This document shows positions 35,704 to 47,652 of a DNA stretch of 64,000 bases, piece by piece. The notes under the pieces were generated by a model, which had not been told where the DNA came from, ran no database searches, and was given only the letters and a program-made list of their open reading frames with translations. Position numbers and translations under genes: made by a program. The stretch's first letter is position 1, and every line of letters begins with the position of its first letter. Source of the DNA: Macrostomum lignano (Eukaryota); NCBI GenBank assembly GCA_002269645.1, contig NIVC01000508.1:124001-188000 (forward strand), read 5' to 3'.

Positions 35704-35814
35704 GGCTTTGTTTGATTAGGCTTAGTTAATTAATTAGGATTGATTGGACTTGCCCGAGTATACTCTTCGATAGCAGAGCAGCGCTGAGGCAGCATGCAAA
35801 TATTAATATTTAGG

Positions 35815-36175
35815 CGGCTAGATAAAAAAGCTGATTATATATAGTGATAGCGGCTAGATCAAACAGCAGATTTTATATAGTGATAGCGGCTAGATCAAAC
35901 AGCTGATGGTATATATCGATAGCGGCTAGATCAAAGAGTTGATGATAGATAGTGATGGCGGTTAGATCAAAGAGCTTGGGCAGATTTTGATAGCGGCTAG
36001 ATTAACCAGCTGATGGTATATAGTGATTGCGGCTAGATCAAACAGCTGATGGTAGATAGTGATGTCGGTTAGATCAAAGAGCTTTGGCAGATTTTGATGG
36101 TGGCTAGATCAAACAGCTGATGATAGATAGTGATGCGGCTAGATCAAAGAGCTTGAGTAGATACTGATGATATTA
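35815..36175. repeat. Degenerate tandem repeat of about 38 bp (gcggctagatcaaacagctgat...) upstream of RPS20
   Basis: About 9 diverged copies. Confidence 0.75.
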
Positions 36176-36655
36176 GCTTAAAAAGACAGAATATACTGTT
36201 TTAGACTCCACTGTATACTTTCAGAAATAATGAAGTGAAAAAATTAAAAAAAGACTAAAAAATCAGCTCAAAAAACTTTATATTGATTTGCTTGCTTGCG
36301 ACAGCCAGTAATTATACTAACCTGATCAACAAGTTAACAATACGATATTACAATCAAGACAAACATTAATGCAAGAATTTACAAAAAACCCAAAATCCAA
36401 TTTCTCTAAAAAATCTGGTACATCAATAGAACAGAGAAAATATGGTTTATTAGTACGATATGTAAGTCAATAATGACATTACAAATATTGAAATTTTTAA
36501 TAATAATGAAATATTATACAAAAATAGGGTTCTGATGACAGCCAAAGAGTTTATTGAACATCACATACGATAATATTATGTTGTTTCATCCAACCGCGTT
36601 ATTTTTCTTAGAAATAAGCAACAGAAACCTCGAACTGTCGTACAGCCTTTTTATT

Positions 36656-39600
36656 CTATGATTTATTTTGTTCCAAATCGGTAGCCGCTGAGTCTGATGC
36701 CTTCGTTGCTTCTGTACTTTCATTGCCGCTTTTAAAGTAGACATCGCATGAGAACACTTCCGGCGGATGAAATGTTGCAACTGGCTCACTCTCTGGTCGC
36801 TTTAGAGACGAGCGGGGCTGAATTATGATGGAAGGAACCATTGTAACTGCGATTTTTTCAATGTAAGATGCTGGAAATACTGTGTATGAGTAGCATCTTA
36901 ACAGACAGGTACACATCCCTTCATCAGCCGGGAATATTGGGTGTTTGCATCAGTGACATCCTCACTCACAGATCCCCATGATCAGCTGGGAATATTGGGT
37001 GTTTGCATCAGTGACATCCTCACTCACAGATCCCCATGATCACATGGGAATATTGGGTGACTGCATCAGTGACATCCTCACTCACAGATCCCCATGATCA
37101 CATGGGAATATTGGGTGACTGCATCAGTGACAGCCTCAATCACAGATCCCCATGATCACATGGGAATATTGGGTGTCTGCATCAGTGACAGCCTCAATCA
37201 CAGATCCCCATGATCAGATGGGAATATTGGGTGACTGCATCAGTGACATCCTCACTCACAGATCCCCATGATCACATGGGAATATTGGGTGACTGCATCA
37301 GTGACAGCCTCAATCACAGATCCCCATGATCACATGGGAATATTGGGTGACTGCATCAGTGACAGCCTCACTCACAGATCCCCATGATCACATGGGAATA
37401 TTGGGTGACTGCATCAGTGACAGCCTCAATCACAGATCCCCATGATCACATGGGAATATTGGGTGTCTGCATCAGTGACAGCCTCAATCACAGATCCCCA
37501 TGATCAGCTGGGAATATTGGGTGACTGCATCAGTGACAGCCTCACTCACAGATCCCCATGATCAGCTGGGAATATTGGGTGTCTGCATCAGTGACATCCA
37601 GTCACATCCTCAATCACAAATCCACAACCGTTTATCCAAAATCAGTGAAATCATTAAAACACCAAAGACACCCCCATACCTACGGATGCAAGAAATTTCA
37701 TACACTTACAGTTAATCGAGACCTAATAGACTTCTTCAAAGACGTGAACTGTCCAATTTCAGTTTCGGCTAATGAGACTTTAGCCTCCAGAGTGTCCACA
37801 TTCTGTTTGACAGTCTGTACCATTCTGTCTAAATTGTCAATCTGCAACAGCAACGGCTCGAGCTGTCGGGTGCTTGCTAACACCTGCGGCAGTAAGGTGC
37901 CCAAACAGTGAGCGCTCTCCGATCTGATTAAATCAATTAGCGCGCAATAATCTTCTAGTCGAGCCAGCAGAATCTCCACTGTATCATCAAACTCCTTCTC
38001 CTGCGGGAGAGGCGTGCGGACTGATATCTAGCGGGCTGCTGTTGCCATTGACCCTGCAAAGCACTGATGCCAGCAGTGCACTGACTCACTAGGGCACTGA
38101 TGCCAGCAGTGCACTGACTCACTAGGGCACTGATGCCAGCAGTGCACTGACTCACTAGGGTACTGATGCTGGCAGTGCACTGACTCACTAGGGTACTGAT
38201 GCCAGCAGTGCACTGACTCACTAGGGCACTGATGCTGGCAGTGCACTGACTCACTAGGGTACTGATGCCAGCAGTGCACTGACTCACTAGGGCACTGATG
38301 CTGGCAGTGCACTGACTCACTAGGGTACTGATGCCAGCAGTGCACTGACTCACTAGGGTACTGATGCCAGCAGTGCACTGACTCACTAGGGTACTGATGT
38401 CAGCAGTGCACTGACTCACTAGGGCACTGATGTCAGCAGTGCACTGACTCACTAGGGTACTGATGCCAGCAGTGCACTGACTCACTAGGGTACTGATGCC
38501 AGCAGTGCACTGACTCACTAGGGTACTGATGCCAGCAGTGCACTGACTCACTAGGGTACTGATGCCAGCAGTGCACTGACTCACTACGGCACTGATGTCA
38601 GCAGTGCACTGACTCAATAGGGTACTGATGCTGGCAGTGCACTGGCTCACTAGGGTACTGATGTCAGCAGTGCACTGACTCACTAGGGTACTGATGCTGG
38701 CAGTGCACTGACTCACTAGGGTACTGATGCTGGCAGTGCACTGGCTCACTAGGGTACTGATGTCAGCAGTGCACTGACTCACTAGGGTACTGATGCTGGC
38801 AGTGCACTGACTCACTAGGGTACTGATGTCAGCAGTGCACTGACTCACTAGGGTACTGATGCTGGCAGTGCACTGACTCACTAGGGTACTGATGTCAGCA
38901 GTGCACTGGCTCACTAGGGTACTGATGTCAGCAGTGCACTGACTCACTAGGGTACTGATGCTGGCAGTGCACTGACTCACTAGGGTACTGATGTCAGCAG
39001 TGCACTGACTCACTAGGGCACTGATGCCAGCATTGCACTGACTCACTAGGGTACTGATGCTGGCAGTGCACTGGCTCACTAGGGTACTGATGCTGGCAGT
39101 GCACTGGCTCACTAGGGTACTGATGTCAGCAGTGCACTGACTCACTAGGGTACTGATGCTGGCAGTGCACTGACTCACTAGGGTACTGATGTCAGCAGTG
39201 CACTGACTCACTAGGGTACTGATGCCAGCAGTGCACTGACTTACTAGGGCACTGATGCCAGCAGTGCACTGACTCACTAGGGTACTGATGCTGGCAGTGC
39301 ACTGACTCACTAGGGTACTGATGTCAGCAGTGCACTGACTCACTAGGGCACTGATGTCAGCAGTGCACTGACTCACTAGGGTACTGATGCTGGCAGTGCA
39401 CTGACTCACTAGGGTACTGATGCCAGCATTGCACTGACTCACTAGGGTACTGATGCTGGCAGTGCACTGACTCACTAGGGTACTGATGTCAGCAGTGCAC
39501 TGACTCACTAGGGCACTGATGCCAGCAGTGCACTGACTCACTAGGGTACTGATGCTGGCAGTGCACTGACTCACTAGGGTACTGATGCTGGCAGTGCACT

Positions 39601-40358
39601 GACTCACTAGGGTACTGATGTCAGCAGTGCACTGACTCACTACGGCACTGATGTCAGCAGTGCACTGACTCACTAGGGTACTGATGCTGGCAGTGCACTG
39701 ACTCACTAGGGTACTGATGTCAGCAGTGCACTGACTCACTAGGGTACTGATGCCAGCAGTGCACTGACTTACTAGGGCACTGATGCCAGCAGTGCACTGA
39801 CTCACTAGGGTACTGATGCTGGCAGTGCACTGACTCACTAGGGTACTGATGTCAGCAGTGCACTGACTCACTAGGGCACTGATGTCAGCAGTGCACTGAC
39901 TCACTAGGGTACTGATGCTGGCAGTGCACTGACTCACTAGGGTACTGATGCTGGCAGTGCACTGACTCACTAGGGTACTGATGTCAGCAGTGCACTGACT
40001 CACTAGGGTACTGATGCCAGCATTGCACTGACTCACTAGGGTACTGATGCTGGCAGTGCACTGACTCACTAGGGTACTGATGCTGGCAGTGCACTGACTC
40101 ACTAGGGCACTGATGCCAGCAGTGCACTGACTTACTAGGGTACTGATGCTCTTGCAGCACTAACATGGCTGATTACTAGTCCAGAAAGATTCATATTGGC
40201 TTTGCAAATGATGAGCATTGTGGCAATCTTACCTGAGGAATTGGAAAGCTAGTAAACAAATTTACAACATCTTTACAGAGAGCCTCTGCAGCAATGACAG
40301 GATCAACATCTGTGCTTTCATCAGTGGCTTTTGCTTGAACTATTTCAGCCTCTTGCAT
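36656..40358 (-). CDS. BLOC1S4: BLOC-1 subunit 4 (cappuccino) homolog; exons 40358-40233, 38000-37710, 36817-36656 (about 192 aa)
   Basis: ILLARLEDYCALIDLIRSES..IDNLDRMVQTVKQNVDTLEAKVSLAETEIG and the C-terminal FHPPEVFSCDVYF resemble the BLOC1S4 motifs LLTRVDEF..IDRLEAFV..MEEQV..AEAELG and YEAPVLFRTEDYF. All junctions are phase-0 GT-AG. Confidence 0.82.
36925..37600. repeat. 58-bp minisatellite in BLOC1S4 intron 2
   Basis: Unit is cagatccccatgatcacatgggaatattgggtgactgcatcagtgacagcctcactca, about 11 copies. Confidence 0.95.
38050..40150. repeat. 33-bp minisatellite (gcactgactcactagggtactgatgccagcagt)n in BLOC1S4 intron 1
   Basis: About 63 copies. Confidence 0.97.
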
Positions 40359-41186
40359 TGTGAAACTTCTAGAAAACAACCACTGAAGTAGCATCAAAGG
40401 TAAGTGCATTGAAAATAGTTGCTAAACAATATGATCTTTTTGCAATATCCTAGTAGCAATTTTAATCATTTTATATATTTAACAATAAAAGGTTGGTCTT
40501 ATATCAAAGCTAAATCATGATTTATTAAAATCTGTCAAATGAAAATTAGCTTTTATTTAGGAAGCAATATAATTTCATTAACATATTCATATTGAAGGCT
40601 TTTTTGAAATACCTATCTTTAATTTGTCATGAACATGACATTCACTATCAACAAAATGTTCAATTATTCCAAAATTGTTCCCAAAGTGTCCACTGCCAAG
40701 ATGTCTCATTGCCATATTGATCATTGATAATCTATCCCTTAGAACCTTAGGACCCACATATGCGCTACCTCCAAAATTCAGTCGGCCATGCGACTTAGTT
40801 TGAACAAAAATGTGACATAGTTTTTGGCCAAAAATGCAACTTACATGTAAAAGAAACCCTAAAGCAAAATCAATGCAACTTTGGGTAAATGGCAGGAGTA
40901 ACTAAACTATGGCTGTCTTATTAAGGCAAAATGCTTTGTCATCTACTTAGTATTACCTGGGTATTTATTTGGGTGGGCATTTTTGTGACTTACCTTGGTT
41001 GGCTGCCAAATTGGTTGGCTGGATCAGTCGACTCAGCTGGCTGTTGTGCATGTATGTTGTATGTTAGGACCGTAGTAAAAAGGCTTCAAAAAAGGTTCCT
41101 ATGACATGCTAATATGCATAAGAAAGGCGTTTTAATTTTTCTAGTTTTCAAAAAACCAATTTAAAAAAACTGATATGAAAAAATAT

Positions 41187-41320
41187 CCTATATACTAAAA
41201 ATGAGTTGTCTGTGGGTATGCGATAGATTTCAGAAAAATTGGCTCAACCGATTTTCTTCAAACTTGCACCATTCGATCAGAAATTTTCCTGGGACAGTAC
41301 ATGCATCTTGGCTAAGAAAT
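41187..41320 (+). mobile_element. Non-autonomous Helitron-like 5' end; related copies at 46974 (+) and about 17150-17197 (-)
   Basis: All three share a TCC[t/a]..TACTAAAAATG..TCTGT start followed by a short microsatellite. This copy continues ggctcaaccgattttcttcaaactt, a pattern seen in invertebrate non-autonomous Helitrons. The 3' end was not identified. Confidence 0.5.
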
Positions 41321-41769
41321 TGCTCAATGTTAAAGGGATTAAATATTCGAAAAACATGCTTTTTTGCAAAGGTCACGCAAAATTTTCGACTTGAGATGCA
41401 TTGTAAGAATGCTAGAGAAAAAACTGACTGACTGAATTCCGATTGTGATAAAGATTGCATCACAACAAGTAGAAAACAGTGCCGAAGAAATGCACACACG
41501 ACATGATTTAGATTGCGTAACCATATTGCTAACTTGAAGTGAGACTGATACTGGCTGACTGAGAAATTGATTATGTCATAACTTTTTACTCCAATTGACT
41601 TGCTGTAAGAATTGAATTATAAGGGCCACAATTCATGTTCTCCAATTGAAAAGAGATAGCCCTGATGCGAACAGACTGGAATGCTAATATAGCGACCTGG
41701 GTTCGAATCTTAGTAGTGCAAAAAGATTTTTTTATTAAAACACCTTAAAAACACAACAAAACTGCTAAA

Positions 41770-44530
41770 CATCAAAGAAGCGCAATGTCAAACATAGAAG
41801 AGCCAACATATCGAACATAAAAGAGTTACCATGTCAAACATAGAAGAGCCACCATGTCAAACATAAAAGACCCACCATGTCAAACATAAAAGAGCCACCA
41901 TTTCGAACATTAAAGAGCCACCATTTCGAACATTAACGAGCCACCATTTTGAACATTAAAGAGCCACCATGTCAAACAATTAGGAGCCACCATGTCAAAC
42001 ATTAAAGAGCCACCATGTCGAACATAAAAGAGCCACCATGTCGAACATAAAAGAGCCACCATGTCAAACATATATGTGACTTTATGTCAAACATTAAAGA
42101 GCCACCATGTCGAACGTTAAAGTGCCACCATGTGTAACATAAAAGAGCTACATCATGAAGAACATTAAAGAGCCACCATGTTAAACATAAATCTGGCATG
42201 ATGTCAAACATTAAAGTGCCACCATATCGAACATTAAAGAGCCACCATGTCTAACAGTAAAGAGCCACCATGTCGAACATTAAAGGGCCACCATGTAGAA
42301 CATTAAAGAGCCACCATGTCAAACATTAAAGAGCCACCATGTCAAACATTAAATAACCACCATGTCGAACATTAAAGAACCACCATGTCGAACATTAAAG
42401 AGCCACCATGTCAAAAATAGAAGAGCCACCATGTCAAACATAGAAGAGCCACCATTTCTAACATTAAAGAGCCACCATGTCGAACATTAAAGAGCCACCA
42501 TGTCTAACATTAAAGAGCCACCATGTCTAACATTAAAGAGCCACCACGTTGAACATTAAAGTGCCACCATGTCAAACGTAAAAGAGTCACTATGTCGAAC
42601 ATTAAAGAGCTAGCATGTCAAACATTAAAGAGCCACCATGTGGAACATTAAAGAGCCACCATTTCGAACATGAAAGAGCCACCATTTCGAATATTAAAGA
42701 GCCACCATGAAGAAAATTAAAGAATCACCATATCGAACATAAAAGAGCCAGAATGTAGAATATTAAAGAGCCACTATGTCGAACATTAAAAAGCCACCGT
42801 GTCAAACACTAAAGAGCCACTATTTCGAACATTAAATAGCCACCATGTCAAACATAAAAGAGCCACCATGTCGAACATTAAAAAGCCACCATGTAGAATA
42901 TTAAAGAGCCACCATGTCAAACTTTAAAGAGCCACTATGTCAAACGTAAAAGTGACTTTATGTCAAACATATCAGTGACTTTATGTCAAACATATAGGTG
43001 TTTTTATGTCAAACATTAAAAAACCACCATTTCGAACATTAAAGAGCCACCATTTCGAACATTAAAGAGCCACCAAGTCAAACATTAAAGAGCCACCATG
43101 TCAAACATAAAAGAGCAACCATGTCGAACATTAAAGAGCCACCATGTCGAACATTAAAGAGCCAGCATGTCAAACATTAAAGAGCAACCATGACAAACAT
43201 TAAAGAGCCACCATGTCAAACATTAAAGAGCCACCATGTCAAAAATTAAAGAGCCACTACGTCAAACATTAAAGAGCCACCATGTCGAACATTAAAGAGC
43301 CACTATGTCAAACATTAAAGAGCCATCATGTCAAACATTAAAGAGCCACCACGTCAAACATTAAAGAGCCACTATGTCAAACATTAAAGAGCCATCATGT
43401 CAAACATTAAAGAGCCACCACGTCAAACATTAAAGAGCCACCATGTCGAACATAAAAGAGCCACCATGTGAAACATACACGTGACTCAATCTCAAATAGT
43501 AAAGAGCCACTATGTCAAACATAAAAGAACTACCATGTCAGACATAAAAGAGCCACCATGTCAAATTTACAAAAGCCATCATGTCAAACATAAAACAGCC
43601 ACATATACGTGACTTAATGTCAAACCTTAAGGAGCCACCATGTCAAACATTAAAGAGCCACCATGTCGAACATTAAAGAGCCACCATGTAAAATACAAAA
43701 GAGCTACCATGTAAAATATAAAAGAGCCATCATGTCAAACGTGTACGTGACTCAATGTCAAACATTAAAGAGCCACCATGTCGAACATTAAAGAGCCACC
43801 ATGTCAAACATAAAAGAGTCACCATGCCAAACATAAAAGAGCCACCATTTTAAACATATACGTGACTCCATGTCAAACATTAAAGCGCCATCATGTCAAA
43901 CGTATACGTGACTCAATGTCAAACATTAAAGAGCCAAATGTCAAACAACTTAGCCACCATGTCAAACAAAGAAGAGACACCATGTCAAACATAAAAGAGC
44001 CACCATGGCGAACATTAAAGAGCCACCATGTCAAACATAGAAGAGACACCATGTCAAACATAAAGAGCCACCATGTAAAATATAAAAGAGCTACCATGTA
44101 AAATATAAAAGGGCCATCATGTCAAACATTTACGTGACTCAATGTCAAACATTAAAGAGCCACCATGTCGAACATTAAAGAGCCACCATGTTAAACATAA
44201 AAGAGCCACCATGCCAAACATAAAAGAGCCACCATGTCAAACATATACGTGACTCCATGTCAAACATTAAAGCGCCATCATGTCAAACATATATGTGACT
44301 GCATGTCAAACATAAAAGAGCCACCATGTCAAACAACTAAGCCACCATGTCAAACAAAGAAGAGACACCATGTCAAACATAGAAGAGCCATCATGTCAAA
44401 CATAACAGAGACAACATTTCAAACGTAAAAGGGCCGCCATGGTAAACATAAAAGAGCCACTATGTCAACATTAAAGAGCCACCTTTTTAAACATAAAAGA
44501 GACACCGTTTCAAACATAAAAGAAGTTTCA
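41770..44530. repeat. 23-bp minisatellite (gagccaccatgtcaaacattaaa)n, about 2.75 kb
   Basis: Roughly 110-120 variably degenerate copies. Confidence 0.96.
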
Positions 44531-44589
44531 TGCCAAACAAAATTTAGCCACTATAAATCTAAGGAAATTGTTGCACTAGCTACTTTCTC

Positions 44590-44990
44590 TGGTGGATGCT
44601 TGCTATTTAAGGATGGATACTTGCTATCAAGGGGATGCTTGCTATCGGAAGGATGCTTGCTACTGGGGTAACTTGCTATTGGGAGATGCTTGCTCTTGGG
44701 GGTGGAGGGTACTTGCTATCTAAGAGGGGGCTGCTAGATATCTATAAGGTCTCTTTGTATCCAGGTTAATGCTTGCCATCCGGGGTTGCTTGCAGTCTGG
44801 GGGATGCTTACTATCTGGGGTCTGGGGGATGCTTGCTATCTGGGGGATGCTTGCTATCTGGGGTTGCTTGCTATCGGGGAGATGCTTGCTATCTGGGGGA
44901 TGCTTGCAGTCTGGAGGATTTTGCTATTTGGGGATCGATGCTTGAATGCTTTCTGAGGATGCTTGCTGTCTTGGGATGTTTTGTTTTTAG
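44590..44990. repeat. Degenerate repeat of about 19 bp (gggatgcttgctatctgg)n
   Basis: Recurrent atgcttgctat cores. Confidence 0.75.
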
Positions 44991-46076
44991 AGGGAATGTC
45001 TGTTGTTTTTTATGAAGGCTTTATTTTGCTGTCTATTTGTTATTTGTAAAGAACAAGGATTCTATCCAGATGTCCCCCATCGGGGGGCGAAGATTGCTAG
45101 TATTCTTCTGTGTTTCTAAAATTGAGCGAAGTGATAAGTTCTAGCAAAAAATTATCATAAAATAAAAAGCCTCTTTAATTTAATTGCTTTTTCAAGACTT
45201 AAATAATCTTTTTGAATAAATATACTTGAAATTTTGACAAAACTTTCATTGCTTTTACTTCGATTTTTCAACAGGTTAGCTTTTTTGCCTGTAGTCAAGA
45301 AAAATTTTTAATATGCTAAATTATGTTTACTACAAGAAAAAAGAATTAAAGGGAGTGATTATAGCAAAAATTATGAAATTGACTTTTTAGTCTTCTTATC
45401 CATTTTTGGTATTTTTGTAGGATTAGTCATTTTGGTAAGAAGCAAGTCATTTTAGTTATAAGAAAAACCCTTTGATGACAATCAATTTAGATAGAAAATT
45501 ATATTCATCTAAAAGTAAAAACTTAAATATTTCTAGTTTTTATTTAAAGCTTTATTAAAAGAATTGAATAATATTTTGTTTCATTTTGTTTATTTGCTAT
45601 AATAAAAGTTATGATTTTTTATATTAAACAATGAACATTTGCCATATCCTATAAATATTTTCCTATGTGTTTTTAGTATATATGTTAAAATGAGAATCCT
45701 TTAAATAAGCCTAGACATACAATGACTAGATATATAATCAACTAGCATTTTGTCAACCAAAATTTTCATTTTGTCAATTAGACATTATAGCAATAGAAAA
45801 TGTTACTTGCAATACCAACTACTATAGGCAAAAAGGGCAAACAAAGCATCTCACTGACCTAGAATTTGAACTAAACAATGGAACACTGTTACACTGCCTT
45901 AGAACTTTGTAATTGGCAATGTCAGAGTGCCAGGCACCTTGCAGCAATATTTGCTATTTGCAACCGCCAACCTACTATTAGTGCTGCAAACTAGAAGATA
46001 GTGGTTTCTTGATGGCACATTCACCATAGTAAAGCCACCCTTTACCTAGCTATATAGCATCTATGGATATGTATAG

Positions 46077-46469
46077 TAGAGGTCGGACGGGATTGAAATC
46101 TTCGGGCAGGATCGGGATCGGGAATAATTTTTTTCTCGGGATCGGGATCGGGATTTGGGAATCGGGATCAGGTCTTTTAGTGTATTGTCCATGTAAAGTT
46201 AAACAAAATTGAGAAAAGATTGTCAAGATCAAGAAGTAAAACACAACGAAATTGATATGAAGTTTTGTAACCAACAAAGTAAATAATATAACGAGTACAA
46301 GTTGAAGCAAAATACCTTTAAGTAATCACTAATTCTATAAATTATTAATCGAAAGACCTGTTCCCAAATCTCAACTTTTTTAGGGTCGGGATTCTAGTCC
46401 CGCGGGAATTTAATTTTCCTCGGGATCCCGAGATTTTGGGATTGGGATCGGGATCCCATCCGACCTCTA
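46077..46469. mobile_element. hAT-type MITE, 393 bp
   Basis: TIR TAGAGGTCGGA[C/T]GGGAT at both ends, an 8-bp TSD atgtatag/atctatag (1 mismatch) and subterminal cgggat repeats. Confidence 0.85.
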
Positions 46470-47652
46470 ATCTATAGTAAGGTATACAATTAGAAATATA
46501 GCCATTGTGCTTTATGGTAATATCTAGGCCTAGCAAATCCAAACAGAACTATATCTTATTGACATTAGCTATGCCTATGTATTACTAGCTATATCATAAA
46601 AACATGCATTGATTTAACTAGGCCCTATTTTAAGTGATGTGATGGTCTTTAACAATCTAAAGATAAATTCATAAAAATTAAACTCTTGTCTTAGGCCCTA
46701 TTCTTATTTAATTAAAGTTGTCACAAAAAGAAATAAAAAAGACCAAATAAAATATATAAATGTCAGAACCAAAAAATCTATAAACTCAAGATCTATAATC
46801 TAATGGCAAGGCCTAACTATCTAGAATCTAACCTAGATTTTGTGGGTAAAAAAGCAAAAAGTTCCAAGTGAGGTTATTAAGGTTTGTTGTAGGCCTAGCT
46901 TTATATCATCATGCAAATTAGCAAATACATATTTGAAAGTCGCCAGTCATTTACAAGCTTTAAGAGTTCATTATCCATTACTAAAAATGGTCTGTCGGTA
47001 TCTATCTAGGTAGATGTGTGATCAATTTCAGAAAAATTATAACTAGGCCCTCTTAAAAACTTTATTATGCAAACATGTTCGAAAATCGTTCTCTTAAAAA
47101 CGATTTTAAATAAGAACGAAATTTGTAAGATAAAACAAGTATCTTGCATCTTTCATGATAAAAAACTGTTTGGTTTTTTCTTTAGAGCTGTTAGCGCAAT
47201 ATATAACACTTACAAAAATTTTTTTGCCTAATTTAATGATTTAGGTCTGTCACTTTTGAAAAGTAGTGAATGTCGAAAATTCGAAATTTAGATCTTTCTA
47301 ATAAAAGTAATTTATCCGATTTAAAGTAGTCACTGCGAGTTACTACACTATACTATTCGCAGTCTCGCTGCAGTTGGACAGAAACGGTGTTAACGCGCCT
47401 TAAATTTTCAGAATTTAAAGAAGCGCATTGCAAAAAATCGTTGTTTTATCACTTTAGTCTTGCGCTTTGGTTTTTCGAAGTTGTTTTTCAGCATTAGGCC
47501 TATTAGTAGTATTACTGTATTAGTGGTTTTGAAATCTGGTCTAGAATAATTTGGGTACCTTGTCTGAAAATTATACTATAAATCTACTTAGTAGATTTTA
47601 AGTAAAAAAGTTGACCGCCTGTCCCTACTAAAGTCTAAACAAAAGTATATTA

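Noticed and set aside
36818-36916. Apparent phase conflict at the last BLOC1S4 exon (acceptors at 36847 and about 36871)
   Set aside because: Resolved by an in-frame acceptor cttccatcataattCAG| at 36818, so no frameshift is needed.
37955-40102. 715-aa ORF (SQCTASISTLV)n
   Set aside because: It is a stop-free frame of a 33-bp repeat inside BLOC1S4 intron 1 and is out of frame with the flanking exon.
40950-41000. U1 snRNA or spliced-leader RNA gene (acttacc motif)
   Set aside because: It lacks the rest of U1 (ATACTTACCTGGCAGG), and the putative exon does not end in the ATG typical of flatworm spliced leaders.
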